Made by a program: the position numbers and the translations under genes
Notes under the pieces: model-generated
Seen by the model: the letters and a program-made list of their open reading frames with translations, nothing else
Told to the model about the DNA's origin: nothing
Database searches by the model: none
NCBI GenBank assembly: GCA_037441385.1
Contig: JBBISH010000060.1
Coordinates: 1 to 37,407 of the forward strand
Reading direction: 5' to 3'
DNA length: 37,407 nucleotides
Source: Myxococcales bacterium
Lineage (GTDB): Bacteria; Myxococcota_A; UBA9042
In this document: positions 1-9,232 of the stretch, in pieces
How positions within the stretch are numbered: position 1 is the stretch's first letter
How the letters are laid out: each line of letters opens with the position of its first letter

Positions 1-58
1 CCGCGACATCGCCCCGTAAACTGGCGCACTTACCCGTGATCTGAAAGCGGCGCAAATC

Positions 59-1609
59 GTGATCGGCAAGAAGCTTCTTCACTACGAAATCACCTCCAAG
101 CTCGGCGAAGGTGGCATGGGCGCCGTATGGCTGTGCGAGGATCTGCTACTGCGCCGCAAAGTGGCACTCAAGACCCTTTTTGCCGACCGGGCCGAAATGG
201 CCGACGAGGATCTGGAACGCTTCCGCCGCGAGGTGGCGATCGCGCATGCCATCAACCACCCCAACGTGGCGCGGACTTACGACCTGGGCGAAGCGGCCGG
301 CGTGCACTACCTGACGATGGAGTTCCTGGAGGGCGAGACGCTTGTGGGGCGTATCAAGCGCTCGGAGGCGCTGCCGTCTAGCGAAGTGCGCGAGATCGCA
401 GTCCATCTGTGCCAAGGTCTGCGCGCTGCGCACCGCGCTGGCGTGGTGCACCGCGACTTGAAGCCGGCGAACATCATGTTGGTGCCCGACGGTCGCGTCG
501 CCGTCATCATGGATTTTGGCATTGCCGCTGCAGTGGACGAAGAACAGCCCGCGCCCGAGGACGTGGTGGAAATCAGCGCCACGGCGCCGTGGGAAGTGAC
601 CTCGGCCGGCCGTGGAACACCGACCTACATGGCCCCCGAGCAATGGGACGGCCAGCGCGGCGACGCCCGCACCGACATCTATGCCCTTGGCATCATTCTG
701 TATGTTTGCCTGACCAAGAAGGTACCGTTCCGTGCGTCGACCAACCAAGAGCTGGCGGACCTGCACCGCTCTGCGCCGCCGCCCAGTGTCGAGTCGCTGG
801 TGCCGGGGGTGGATCGCGACTTGGCCCGGCTGGTAGCGGCGTGCCTGGCCAAGCGGCCCGAGCAACGGCCGCAATCGGTCGACGAAGTCCTGGAGCGGCT
901 CGATCGCGGCCGCCGACGCAAGCAGGCCGTCGCGCAGACCGCCGGAACGGCGGCGATCGTCGCGGTGCTGCTCAGCCTGGTGGGCTTTGGCCTCTGGTCG
1001 ATGGCCCATTCGGCGGTGATTCGCGAGATGCAGCCCGCCCAGGCGCGCTTGGCCGAGATCATTGCCAACCAGCTGTCGGCCGACGACCTGGATCGGGTTC
1101 TGGCAGCCAAGGACATCAACATTCCGGAATTCAAGAGGATTCATAGTATCCTACAGCGGTACCAGGAGCGCGATCCCGAGATCAAGTCGCTGTACGTGAT
1201 GAAGCCGGCGGCGACCGCGGGGCACTTCACCTTTGTGGTGGACCTGTATCCCAAAGACACGGACCGCGATGGCGACGGAACCATCAGCGACGACGAGAAA
1301 GGGTCGCTGCCCGGCGACGACTACTCGGGGAGCGATTCGGGGCAGATCGTAGAGGGATCCCGCTCGCTCACCCCGATGGCCGACGAGGACTTTACGCGCG
1401 ATTCTTGGGGATTGTCGCTGTCTGGCTACGCACCGGTGCTGCGCGACGGCAAACATAGCGGCTACTTTGTGGGGGCCGACGAGGGCAACAGCCACCTGGA
1501 ACACTTCCAGATGCGGCTGCTCATCGTGCTCCTGGCGACCTGGTTGCTCCTAAGCGCCACGTTTGGGCTATTGCGCCAGCGCTTTGTCGCCGCCAAATCG
1601 CTGCGCTAG
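59..1609 (+). CDS. Hanks-type Ser/Thr protein kinase with two TM helices flanking an extracytoplasmic sensor-like domain
   Basis: Kinase motifs GEGGMGAV, VALK, HRDLKPAN, DFG, GTPTYMAPE, DIYALG. Hydrophobic segments at about aa 298-316 and 488-506. DTDRDGDGTISDDE motif between them. Confidence 0.93.
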   Translation: MIGKKLLHYEITSKLGEGGMGAVWLCEDLLLRRKVALKTLFADRAEMADEDLERFRREVAIAHAINHPNVARTYDLGEAAGVHYLTMEFLEGETLVGRIKRSEALPSSEVREIAVHLCQGLRAAHRAGVVHRDLKPANIMLVPDGRVAVIMDFGIAAAVDEEQPAPEDVVEISATAPWEVTSAGRGTPTYMAPEQWDGQRGDARTDIYALGIILYVCLTKKVPFRASTNQELADLHRSAPPPSVESLVPGVDRDLARLVAACLAKRPEQRPQSVDEVLERLDRGRRRKQAVAQTAGTAAIVAVLLSLVGFGLWSMAHSAVIREMQPAQARLAEIIANQLSADDLDRVLAAKDINIPEFKRIHSILQRYQERDPEIKSLYVMKPAATAGHFTFVVDLYPKDTDRDGDGTISDDEKGSLPGDDYSGSDSGQIVEGSRSLTPMADEDFTRDSWGLSLSGYAPVLRDGKHSGYFVGADEGNSHLEHFQMRLLIVLLATWLLLSATFGLLRQRFVAAKSLR

Positions 1610-1653
1610 AGTCTGCGACGAACTGCCTGGCGGCGGAACAAGGACGACCACGG

Positions 1654-3063
1654 ATGATCAAGGCATATCGCGACGTTGCCACACTGCTGGCACTGACGGC
1701 CGCCTGGCTGTTGTGGCCGGAGACCGCGGCCGCCGAGGGGGACAACCGCGACGACGCCATCTTTGGCGAAGAGAGCCCGGCCGAGCCTGCCACCGCGACG
1801 AGCGCCCCGGCCAAGCCGGCGGCCGGCGGCGAAAGCGACTACGGGGACGCGCGCATGTCTGCGCCGGCCAAGGAAAACACCGAGCTGCTGAACCGTGACC
1901 GCACCCAGATTGGTGGCTTCTTCTATGCCCGCAACACCGGCAGCCTGAGCCAGGGGCAGAAGCTGTCGGACGCCGGGCTGGGCAACACGACGCTGTTCGA
2001 GAGCTACTTCGACTCGCGCATCAACGATCGCCTGCGCGTCTACACCCGCGGCCGCATCATCTACAACCCGCTGGCCGACGTGACGGGCACCAGCGCGGCC
2101 ATCCCAGGCATGACGTCGACGGCCAGCACGGACGAGGTGCGCGCCGTCTTGACGCAGATGTGGGCAAAATTCGACCTGTACCAACGCGTCTTTGTCACCG
2201 CCGGCCGGCAGTTCGTGCGGTGGGGCGCGACGCGGTTTTGGAACCCGGTGGACGTGCTCAACAGCGCCAAGTACAACCCGCTTCTGTTCTTTGACGACCG
2301 CGTGGGCCCAACCATGGTCAAATTCCACGTGCCGGTCGAGTCGCTGGGCTGGAACTTCTACGCGCTGGTGCTGACGGAAAATGCGGTCAAGGCAGAGCAG
2401 TTGGGTCTGGCCGCGCGCGGCGAGTTCGTGGTGGGCCCAGTGGAGATCGGACTGACTGGGCTGGCGCGCAAGGGCTTTGACCCCAAGGCCGGCTTGGATG
2501 TGTCGGCCGGCGTGGGCGATTTTGACCTGACCGGTGAACTCTCTGCTTGGCAGCCAGCGAACGGCGACCCGCAATGGTACGCAAGTGCTGGCATTTCTTG
2601 GTCTTGGGCCTACCGCGAAGACGACTCGCTGACGCTGGCGGCCGAGTACTTCCACAATCCCCAAGGGCTGACCCTGGACCAGGTGGTGGCGGGCCAAAAG
2701 GCGGCGCTGATGGGCGGCACCAAGCCGCCGAGCCTGATTCCAATGTATACTGGCAAGGATTACGCGGGGTTCATGGCTGCCGTCACTTCGCCGGGCAGCT
2801 GGAACGACGCCAGCGTTTCGGCGCTGAGCCTGGTCAACCTGACCGATCGCAGCGGCACGGCCCAGCTGAGCCTGTCGAACCGCTACCTGACGGATCTGAC
2901 GCTGGAGCTCTACGCCGGCCTGTCGTGGGGTGACGGCGAGTTCCGGGGCTATGTGCCGCGGCTCAAAGGCGAAATGCAGCAAATTCCCGCCTTTGCCGGC
3001 ATCGCCGAGAGCCTTCATGCCCCGCTGGCGCGGGGCGGTCTGAACCTGCGCGTGGACCTCTAG
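1654..3063 (+). CDS. Secreted, probable outer-membrane beta-barrel protein of unknown function
   Basis: N-terminal signal peptide (LLALTAAWLLWPETAAA), alternating amphipathic strands, GRQFVRWG segment, and C-terminal LNLRVDL strand. Confidence 0.7.
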   Translation: MIKAYRDVATLLALTAAWLLWPETAAAEGDNRDDAIFGEESPAEPATATSAPAKPAAGGESDYGDARMSAPAKENTELLNRDRTQIGGFFYARNTGSLSQGQKLSDAGLGNTTLFESYFDSRINDRLRVYTRGRIIYNPLADVTGTSAAIPGMTSTASTDEVRAVLTQMWAKFDLYQRVFVTAGRQFVRWGATRFWNPVDVLNSAKYNPLLFFDDRVGPTMVKFHVPVESLGWNFYALVLTENAVKAEQLGLAARGEFVVGPVEIGLTGLARKGFDPKAGLDVSAGVGDFDLTGELSAWQPANGDPQWYASAGISWSWAYREDDSLTLAAEYFHNPQGLTLDQVVAGQKAALMGGTKPPSLIPMYTGKDYAGFMAAVTSPGSWNDASVSALSLVNLTDRSGTAQLSLSNRYLTDLTLELYAGLSWGDGEFRGYVPRLKGEMQQIPAFAGIAESLHAPLARGGLNLRVDL

Positions 3064-3074
3064 AGACTCGACCT

Positions 3075-3098
3075 ATTACTGGACATTTGTTCAGTAAT
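3075..3098. promoter_or_regulatory. AT-rich 24-bp imperfect palindrome (CTG-N10-CAG), candidate LexA-type or other repressor operator
   Basis: attactggacatttgttcagtaat in the intergenic region upstream of the 3233 gene. Confidence 0.4.
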
Positions 3099-3232
3099 CC
3101 GCTCTACCGGTCGTGTCTCCAGCCCTAAGTGGGGCGCAAGCGAGCGCCCGCGGCGACTCGCCGCGCCGAGTTCGACGGCTCGGATGCGCGGAGAAAGTCT
3201 AAATTCATCCGCTTTCTAGGGGGGACAACAAG

Positions 3233-3658
3233 ATGCGATCTCTACAGGTACTTGCCGCCTCGGGCCTGATCCTGGTTGCAGCGTGCTCGGGCCCCAAGGC
3301 CGTGCAAGTCAACGCGCTCCATGTCGACGCCATCGAACCGGACGAGACGGCCCACGGCCTGCGCTGGAGCGGGCGCTGGCAGACCAACTGGGGCCAGCTG
3401 GAACTGTTTGCGGCCGATGGACAGATCCGTGGTGCCTTTCGCTATGTGAGCGAAGGCACCGAGCGTGTTGGACTTTTGGTCGGCAAGCCCCACGGCAACG
3501 TGCTCACGTTCACCTGGGTCGAGCAAGGTGGCAGCAACAAGGGCCGTGGCCGCTTTGTGATCGACGGCGAAAGCAGCAAGTTTTCGGGTATGTACGGCTA
3601 CGACAACTCGGAAGAAGACGGCGGCGAGTGGTGCGGCGTGCGGGCCGATGGCAACTAG
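3233..3658 (+). CDS. Hypothetical lipoprotein
   Basis: Lipobox-like LVAAC, upstream GGGGGA RBS-like run, and beta-rich mature region (WSGRWQTNWG). Confidence 0.7.
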   Translation: MRSLQVLAASGLILVAACSGPKAVQVNALHVDAIEPDETAHGLRWSGRWQTNWGQLELFAADGQIRGAFRYVSEGTERVGLLVGKPHGNVLTFTWVEQGGSNKGRGRFVIDGESSKFSGMYGYDNSEEDGGEWCGVRADGN

Positions 3659-5628
3659 CCCTTTGGCAAGATCGGGGTCAGCTCGCTCAGCCCGTGGCGT
3701 TCGACGTACTCGCGCCGCAGGCCAAAGCACATTCGATTCAGCGCACATTCATTGCATATCGGTGACTTGACCCCGCCATCGCGAAGAACTGCATCATCAT
3801 CAAGGGCCGGCGGCCGCAGCGTAGTGGCCTCGAGTACCGGCCACGGATCGGGCAGCGCACAGGGCACGATGCCGCACGGGTGGAGCAGGCCAACGACGGA
3901 TAGACCCAGTTCCTTTGCCCGCAGAACCCCTTGCGCGACCCAAGGCCCAAGCTCGCGGTGGGTGGGCAGCACGCTGGGATCGATCGGGCCGGCGTCGATG
4001 GCGCCCGCCACGGCGATGGTGAGCGCCAGCTTGGGATGGGCGAGGTCGGTCGCGACAAAATCTACAAAATTTACAAACTCAGGTGCCAAATCACGTGTCA
4101 ACACATGATTGATCGTAACAGAAATCCCTGACTGACAAAGCCACTTGATGCCCTGGACCGTCCGATCGAACGTGCCAGGCGCCGCCGTGAGGCGGTCCGA
4201 TGCCGCCGCGTTGGCCGCGTGCAGCGAGACGAGCGCATGGCCCAAGCCGGCCGAAGCGAGCTGCTGGGCGTGCTCCAGGCTGCGGACGCGGCTGGCGTTG
4301 GTCTGCAGCGACACGGTCCGCGCGCCCAGCTTGTGCGCATAGGCAATGATGTCGATCACCTGCGGATGCAGAAGCGGTTCGCCGCCCGTGAGCGCCACCG
4401 TGGGGTGATGGCCGGCGGCAAAGCCCTGGTCCAAGCGGGTCGCCGCCTCGGCCACGGTCATCATGGGGGCCTCGAAGTCGACCCAGCAGAACGCACAACG
4501 CTGATTGCACTGGTGAACCACCCGCAGGACCAGCTCGTGGACCTGCCGCCCCTGGCCCTCGTCTTTGGTGACCGGCACTTCCACGTTGCGCTCGCGGCCA
4601 TCGGCGCTGCGCGTGGTTCCGCCGCGGTGCAGGGGCAACCAGGCGGCCTTGTGGGGATCCACAAACGGTTCCACCAGGTTCTGGGGATGCTGGGCCGCCA
4701 GCGTCGCCTCGACCCCCGGACACGCGCCGCGGACCACGCAGGCTGCGCATTCGGGCAAGTAGCTGCGCCGCTGACCGCCCGAGGCGCGCGCCAACAACAC
4801 CCGCAACTTGAAGGCGTCGTCGAAGGCGCACGCATGCCAGCCCTGGTTGGGCGGCAACGACACGCCGAGCCCGGCAAGCTGGGCGGCGGCTACGGCCGGC
4901 AGCAAGTACGCCTCGATGGTCCGCGGCGGGGCGTGCAGTTCGACGGGGGCGCCGGGAGGGTGGCTGACGTAGGGCTGCAGCCGCCACCCGGCCAGACCGG
5001 GTCGGCCGGCGTCGCGCTCGGCCTGGTGCAACGCGGCGAGCCAAGCCGCCAATTCGGGCAAGTTGGCTGCCGTCAGGCGGTGCACAGGCGTCTCGACGGC
5101 GCACTCCAGGCCCGCGCGAAGGGCGGTCAACAGACCCAAACGTTGCCAACGCCAACTGTCTTCGAGCCGCGTCAGGTCGGCGGCGTCGGCCGGGTTGGCC
5201 GCCACCATGAGCATGCGCACTCCCGTCAAACCCGCGTCCTTCCACGCATTCAGCCGGGCAGCGTCGGCCAGCGGCGCACCGTGCGTCGCGAGAACCACCT
5301 GGGCCACGCCGCCAGCGCGCGCCCGGGCAATCACCTCGGCAATGCGAGGATGCAGCGCAGGTTCACCGCCCGTCAGCAGCAAACGGCGCGGAACTTGTTG
5401 AGTCAACAACTTCTGCAGGCGGTCCAGGACGTCGGCAGTGGCCAGGTCTGGCGTGCGCCGCGGCACATGCTCGGCGCAGAATACACAGTGCGCCAAGCAG
5501 GCATCAGTGACCCGGAGCGGGACCTCGCCCTCGCCACGTTGGCCAGAGTCAGGAGCAAGCTCATGTGGTTTTGCATAGTTAGCCACTCGCGCTCGCCGTG
5601 GCCACCGGCCACGCAGCCACCGTAGCAA
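3655..5628 (-). CDS. Protein with two tandem radical SAM domains (true start may be GTG at 5586)
   Basis: Two CxxxCxxC motifs (CLAHCVFC, CNQRCAFC), each followed by TGGEP and a C-terminal CxxC-x5-CxG motif (CAACVVRGACPG, CNECALNRMCFG). Confidence 0.85.
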   Translation of the reverse strand: MLRWLRGRWPRRARVANYAKPHELAPDSGQRGEGEVPLRVTDACLAHCVFCAEHVPRRTPDLATADVLDRLQKLLTQQVPRRLLLTGGEPALHPRIAEVIARARAGGVAQVVLATHGAPLADAARLNAWKDAGLTGVRMLMVAANPADAADLTRLEDSWRWQRLGLLTALRAGLECAVETPVHRLTAANLPELAAWLAALHQAERDAGRPGLAGWRLQPYVSHPPGAPVELHAPPRTIEAYLLPAVAAAQLAGLGVSLPPNQGWHACAFDDAFKLRVLLARASGGQRRSYLPECAACVVRGACPGVEATLAAQHPQNLVEPFVDPHKAAWLPLHRGGTTRSADGRERNVEVPVTKDEGQGRQVHELVLRVVHQCNQRCAFCWVDFEAPMMTVAEAATRLDQGFAAGHHPTVALTGGEPLLHPQVIDIIAYAHKLGARTVSLQTNASRVRSLEHAQQLASAGLGHALVSLHAANAAASDRLTAAPGTFDRTVQGIKWLCQSGISVTINHVLTRDLAPEFVNFVDFVATDLAHPKLALTIAVAGAIDAGPIDPSVLPTHRELGPWVAQGVLRAKELGLSVVGLLHPCGIVPCALPDPWPVLEATTLRPPALDDDAVLRDGGVKSPICNECALNRMCFGLRREYVERHGLSELTPILPKG

Positions 5629-5652
5629 GACGAGGCGATGGGGGCAAGCCCG

Positions 5653-5681
5653 TTGACGTTCGGGCGGGCAGCAAGGAAACT
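5653..5681 (+). promoter_or_regulatory. Putative sigma70-type promoter of tRNA-Arg
   Basis: TTGACG (5653-5658), 17-bp spacer, GAAACT (5676-5681), 8 nt before the tRNA. Confidence 0.4.
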
Positions 5682-5689
5682 TGACGCGG

Positions 5690-5763
<74 letters not shown>

Positions 5764-5783
5764 CTACCCTTGCTGGACTGGAG

Positions 5784-5946
5784 CTAGAGCACCGATCAGA
5801 AACCCGGACCTGCGGGCAAACGTCGTGGCCGTCGCGGCTGTGCTTGGTTCTTTGGGCCCGCTTGCGACCCACTGAGCATCAACGAGTTTTCGTCAGCGAG
5901 TGGTCGCGTTGCTCTGAACCTCGGAGATTTGTGATTGGTGTTCTAG
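5784..5946. mobile_element. MITE-like element A, copy 1 (CTAG ends, terminal inverted repeats)
   Basis: Left end ctagagcaccgatcagaaa matches the reverse complement of the right end (ctagaacaccaatcacaaa). No coding capacity. Second copy at 9966-10130. Confidence 0.8.
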
Positions 5947-7499
5947 AAGACACTCAGACCAGCAAACCACCCCAGATCCATCGCCACGCGGGCGTCGCGG
6001 CTGGGGAAGTCCACCCGCCACATCGACTGGCGGCCCATGTTCACACCGCTGACGTGGACACTGAGATCCTGAACTTGCGCGGTCCAAGTCGGCCCCGCGA
6101 TGAGCCGCACGCTGCTGAACAGACGCCAACTGGCCAAGATGCGCAGCTGGGTTTCGGTCTGCCACTCGCTGGCGTTGGGATCGTGGCGGAGCAACTGCAG
6201 GGCATCGAAGTCGACGCCAAGCCGCGAAAACGGCTGTGAGTGGATGCCCAGCCCAAGGCCAGTGTACGGTCGCCAAGCCTCTTGGCCTGCAACGGGATTC
6301 GCGCCTAGCACAAACAGGTTGTGCACGCGGTTGCTGCCGTGCTCCAGCCCCAAGCTGAACCCGCGCTCGCCGGTCGTCCAGGCTTGCACGTGGGTTCGGC
6401 CGTTCCAGTACAGCGACAACAGCCCTACGCCAACCTCGGCAGACTTGCCCAAGTTGAATAGTCCCACCTGAACGCCACTTACGTGGCCTGCAGAGAAGTT
6501 GACAAGGCCGAGCTGGACGCCCGCGACCGGACCACCCGATAGATTGGCAATGCCGATTTGCGCCCCGTGCATCGACTTGGCAACGCCATTGAAAACAGCC
6601 AGTTGCGCGCCGCGATCGACCTCTACGGCCAGGTTGGCGCCACTGGCAACCTGGGCGCCGTGCAGATGTCCAGCAACCAAGTTCACGCCGCTCGCCACCT
6701 GGACACCATGCAAGTCGCCGCCCACCAAGTGGAATCCCGATGCGATCTGCACGCCGTGCACATCGCCGCGGTGCAGTGTGCCGGCCAGCGCCCCCTCAAA
6801 TCCGTCCAGGGCCGTGGAATACGTGACCACGCCAAAGGACAGCGCGCGCACCGTGCCGTCCAGGGGTTGCCTGGGCAGAGTCAGACCCGGGACCAAATCA
6901 ATGCCAATCGCGACCTTGCGCAGGCTGGCTGGCGCCTCGGCGGCCGGCGTGACCACCACGGGCAGCTCCGTCGGCGTGGCGGGAGGCGGCACGGGCTCGG
7001 GCGGCGGCGGCACAGCGATCGGCGGCGGCGGGGGTGCCGGCGGCGGAGGAAGCGGGGCCGGGGCGGGCGGTGGCGGCGCGGCCTGTTCGGCCTTTTTGGC
7101 CGCCCGCAGGCTGGCCAGCAGCTCGCTGGCTTGGGCATGGACCAGATTCGCCAGGAGCAGCGTCAGGGTATCCACCGCGCGCAAAGGGTCTTTGGGCAAC
7201 TGGACTTCGCGACCCACCACTGGGCGCCCGGGCATGGCAAAGGCCACCCGTGCGCGTCCTGGCCCGGCCGCCGCCACCGTGAGGAGTGCCGTTTGCTGAC
7301 CCACCACGGGGAATTGGCTAACGCGGATGTCCAGCTCGGCCTCCAGCGCCGCCGCGAGCACTGGGGAACTCGGCAGTTGCGGGCTCGCGTCGACCTGCAG
7401 CACCAGCGCCGTGGCCGGGGCCACCTGCCCTTGCGCCAGCGCCGGAATGGCGACCAGGGTCAGCAACCAAGCCAAGCAACTTGGGAAATTCTTGAGCAT
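5943..7499 (-). CDS. Secreted/surface protein with Pro-rich linker, GxQ(i/l)xxxN repeats (LA_2272-like) and probable C-terminal beta-barrel
   Basis: Signal peptide ending ALA, poly-Pro linker, repeats HGVQIASGFH / HGVQVASGVN / GAQIGIAN / GVQLGLVN / GVQVGLFN, C-terminal ...GLSVF. Confidence 0.75.
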   Translation of the reverse strand: MLKNFPSCLAWLLTLVAIPALAQGQVAPATALVLQVDASPQLPSSPVLAAALEAELDIRVSQFPVVGQQTALLTVAAAGPGRARVAFAMPGRPVVGREVQLPKDPLRAVDTLTLLLANLVHAQASELLASLRAAKKAEQAAPPPPAPAPLPPPPAPPPPPIAVPPPPEPVPPPATPTELPVVVTPAAEAPASLRKVAIGIDLVPGLTLPRQPLDGTVRALSFGVVTYSTALDGFEGALAGTLHRGDVHGVQIASGFHLVGGDLHGVQVASGVNLVAGHLHGAQVASGANLAVEVDRGAQLAVFNGVAKSMHGAQIGIANLSGGPVAGVQLGLVNFSAGHVSGVQVGLFNLGKSAEVGVGLLSLYWNGRTHVQAWTTGERGFSLGLEHGSNRVHNLFVLGANPVAGQEAWRPYTGLGLGIHSQPFSRLGVDFDALQLLRHDPNASEWQTETQLRILASWRLFSSVRLIAGPTWTAQVQDLSVHVSGVNMGRQSMWRVDFPSRDARVAMDLGWFAGLSVF

Positions 7500-7511
7500 G
7501 TTGGCCTCCAG

Positions 7512-8348
7512 CTACTCGGGCCGTTCGCCGGCAGCGTCCAGGGCCTGCAACAACTCGGCTGCGTCGGCCTGGTGGTAGCCACCTTCGGCCCCGGTGGCAA
7601 AGGGCTGCAAGGCCGCCCGCGCCGCCGCCATCCGACCCAACTGCGCCAGACACTGGGCGCGACTCCAGCGCGCTTCCGGCGCCAACTCACCCCGCGGGGC
7701 CACCTTGAGGTAGTGCTCCCACGCCGCCAGCGCCGCCGACCACTGGTGCTGCGCGTGCAGCCGCTGGGCCGAGCGGAAGGCCAACAGCGCCAAGTCCTCG
7801 GCAGAGTCGTCCGGCGCGGGCGCCAAGGGCGCGTGGACGTGCGCCGCCTTGGGGGCAGTGGCGATCCCCGCCTGGCCGAGCCCAGTGGACCCGCCCGTTC
7901 TGGCCGGCGCGTGCAGGCCGTTGCCCGCGACTTCGGGCTCAGGCTGGGCTGGCGCGGGCTGGACCGGCAGTTCAGGACGGACAGCTACTTCCGTTGCGTC
8001 CGTCGCCGCAGCCGCGAGGGCCACCGCCCGACCTTTGCCCGCGCGCAGCGAAGCGGGCGCCGGCTCGGTGCGGGTCGGCAAACTCGCCGGTTCGGGCGCT
8101 CCCATCCCCACCGCCGCCTTGACCACCGCCACCGCCTGCTGCAGGTGCCCGGTCGCCGCCGCCACCGCCGTCGAGGCCAGCATCACCATGCCAAGCGCAG
8201 TCACCACGGCCATCTGCCGGGCCTCTGCCTTGCGGGCGCGCCCAGCCGCCTCGATCACTCGCAGCCGGGCGCCGGGCGGGGCTTGACCCGAGTCGTGCTC
8301 TTGTTCGCGCAACGCGCGGCTGGCGCGGTTCAGCAGGTCGTCACTCAT
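7512..8348 (-). CDS. Putative membrane-anchored anti-sigma factor with C-terminal TPR-like helices
   Basis: Start overlaps the ECF sigma stop (ATGA). Single hydrophobic segment, Ala/Pro linker, and TPR-like C-terminus (AALAAWEHYLKVAPRGELAPEA). Confidence 0.65.
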   Translation of the reverse strand: MSDDLLNRASRALREQEHDSGQAPPGARLRVIEAAGRARKAEARQMAVVTALGMVMLASTAVAAATGHLQQAVAVVKAAVGMGAPEPASLPTRTEPAPASLRAGKGRAVALAAAATDATEVAVRPELPVQPAPAQPEPEVAGNGLHAPARTGGSTGLGQAGIATAPKAAHVHAPLAPAPDDSAEDLALLAFRSAQRLHAQHQWSAALAAWEHYLKVAPRGELAPEARWSRAQCLAQLGRMAAARAALQPFATGAEGGYHQADAAELLQALDAAGERPE

Positions 8349-8977
8349 CGGAATCCCTCCCGCTCCAGGGTCTCGCGCAGCTTCTTGCGCGCATGGAACA
8401 AGCGCGTGCGCACGGTGGCTTCGGGCGCGCCCACGATCACGGCCACTTCTACGGCGCTACGCTCTTCGATTTCGCACAGGACGAACGCGGCCCGCTGGTC
8501 CATCGGCAACCCGTCCAACGCCCGCGCCAGCGCGGCCGCCAGCTCGCGATCGCGGCAGTCGTCCTCGGGCCCCAGCGGCGGCGCCATCTCGAGCTCGCCA
8601 CTGCGCTGCCAGGCCCGCTTGCGCCGCGCCAGCGCCCGCTGGTGATGCTGCGCGTGACGCACCGCGATCCCTAGTACGAACGTGCGCAGACTCGAGCGAC
8701 CATCAAAGCGGCGAATCGCCTTGGGCAACGTGACAAAGACCTCTTGCACAAGGTCTTCCGCAGCGTCGGCATCGCCCAACAGCCGCCGGGCAAAGGCGCG
8801 CACGGCCGCATGGTGCCGGTCGTAGGCCTGGCCAAGCGCTAGGGAATCGCCGGCCTGCAGGCGCTGAACCAGCTCGTCGAGCGCCGGCCCCGGGCTACGC
8901 CGCCACCACATCTGAGCCTCGACTGCGAGCGCGGGCAGGATCATGCGGACACCGAACCAGGATGGCCACTGCGCCAT
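8345..8977 (-). CDS. ECF-family RNA polymerase sigma factor (start may be ATG 8911)
   Basis: Region 2 (DAAEDLVQEVF...FDGRSSLRTFVLGIA) and region 4 (LPMDQRAAFVLCEIE...EVA...TVRTRLFHARKKL). Confidence 0.93.
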   Translation of the reverse strand: MAQWPSWFGVRMILPALAVEAQMWWRRSPGPALDELVQRLQAGDSLALGQAYDRHHAAVRAFARRLLGDADAAEDLVQEVFVTLPKAIRRFDGRSSLRTFVLGIAVRHAQHHQRALARRKRAWQRSGELEMAPPLGPEDDCRDRELAAALARALDGLPMDQRAAFVLCEIEERSAVEVAVIVGAPEATVRTRLFHARKKLRETLEREGFR

Positions 8978-9232
8978 CTGCCCCTGAGTGCCCGCTACCC
9001 GCCTGACCGTTCAAATCTGCCCCGCACTTTTTTGGGCCGACTCCCACCGGCGCAGCGCGCACCCTACCGCAACCGGGAACGCTAGGCAAACTATTGAACT
9101 CACAAGATTTTGCAGTTTCTTTCGCAGCGCATTGAACGAACTGGAGCGCAGCGGGCACCCAGACTCGAAGCAAGCAGCGTGGAGCTGCACCAACCAGGGC
9201 GTGCGCGGCCAGACATCGCGCAGGAGGCAGTG

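Noticed and set aside
9060..9180. Specific ECF promoter call (GGAAC/GAAC motifs) upstream of the Cys-rich lipoprotein
   Set aside because: There are several candidate -35 motifs and no convincing -10 partner, so it cannot be placed from sequence alone.
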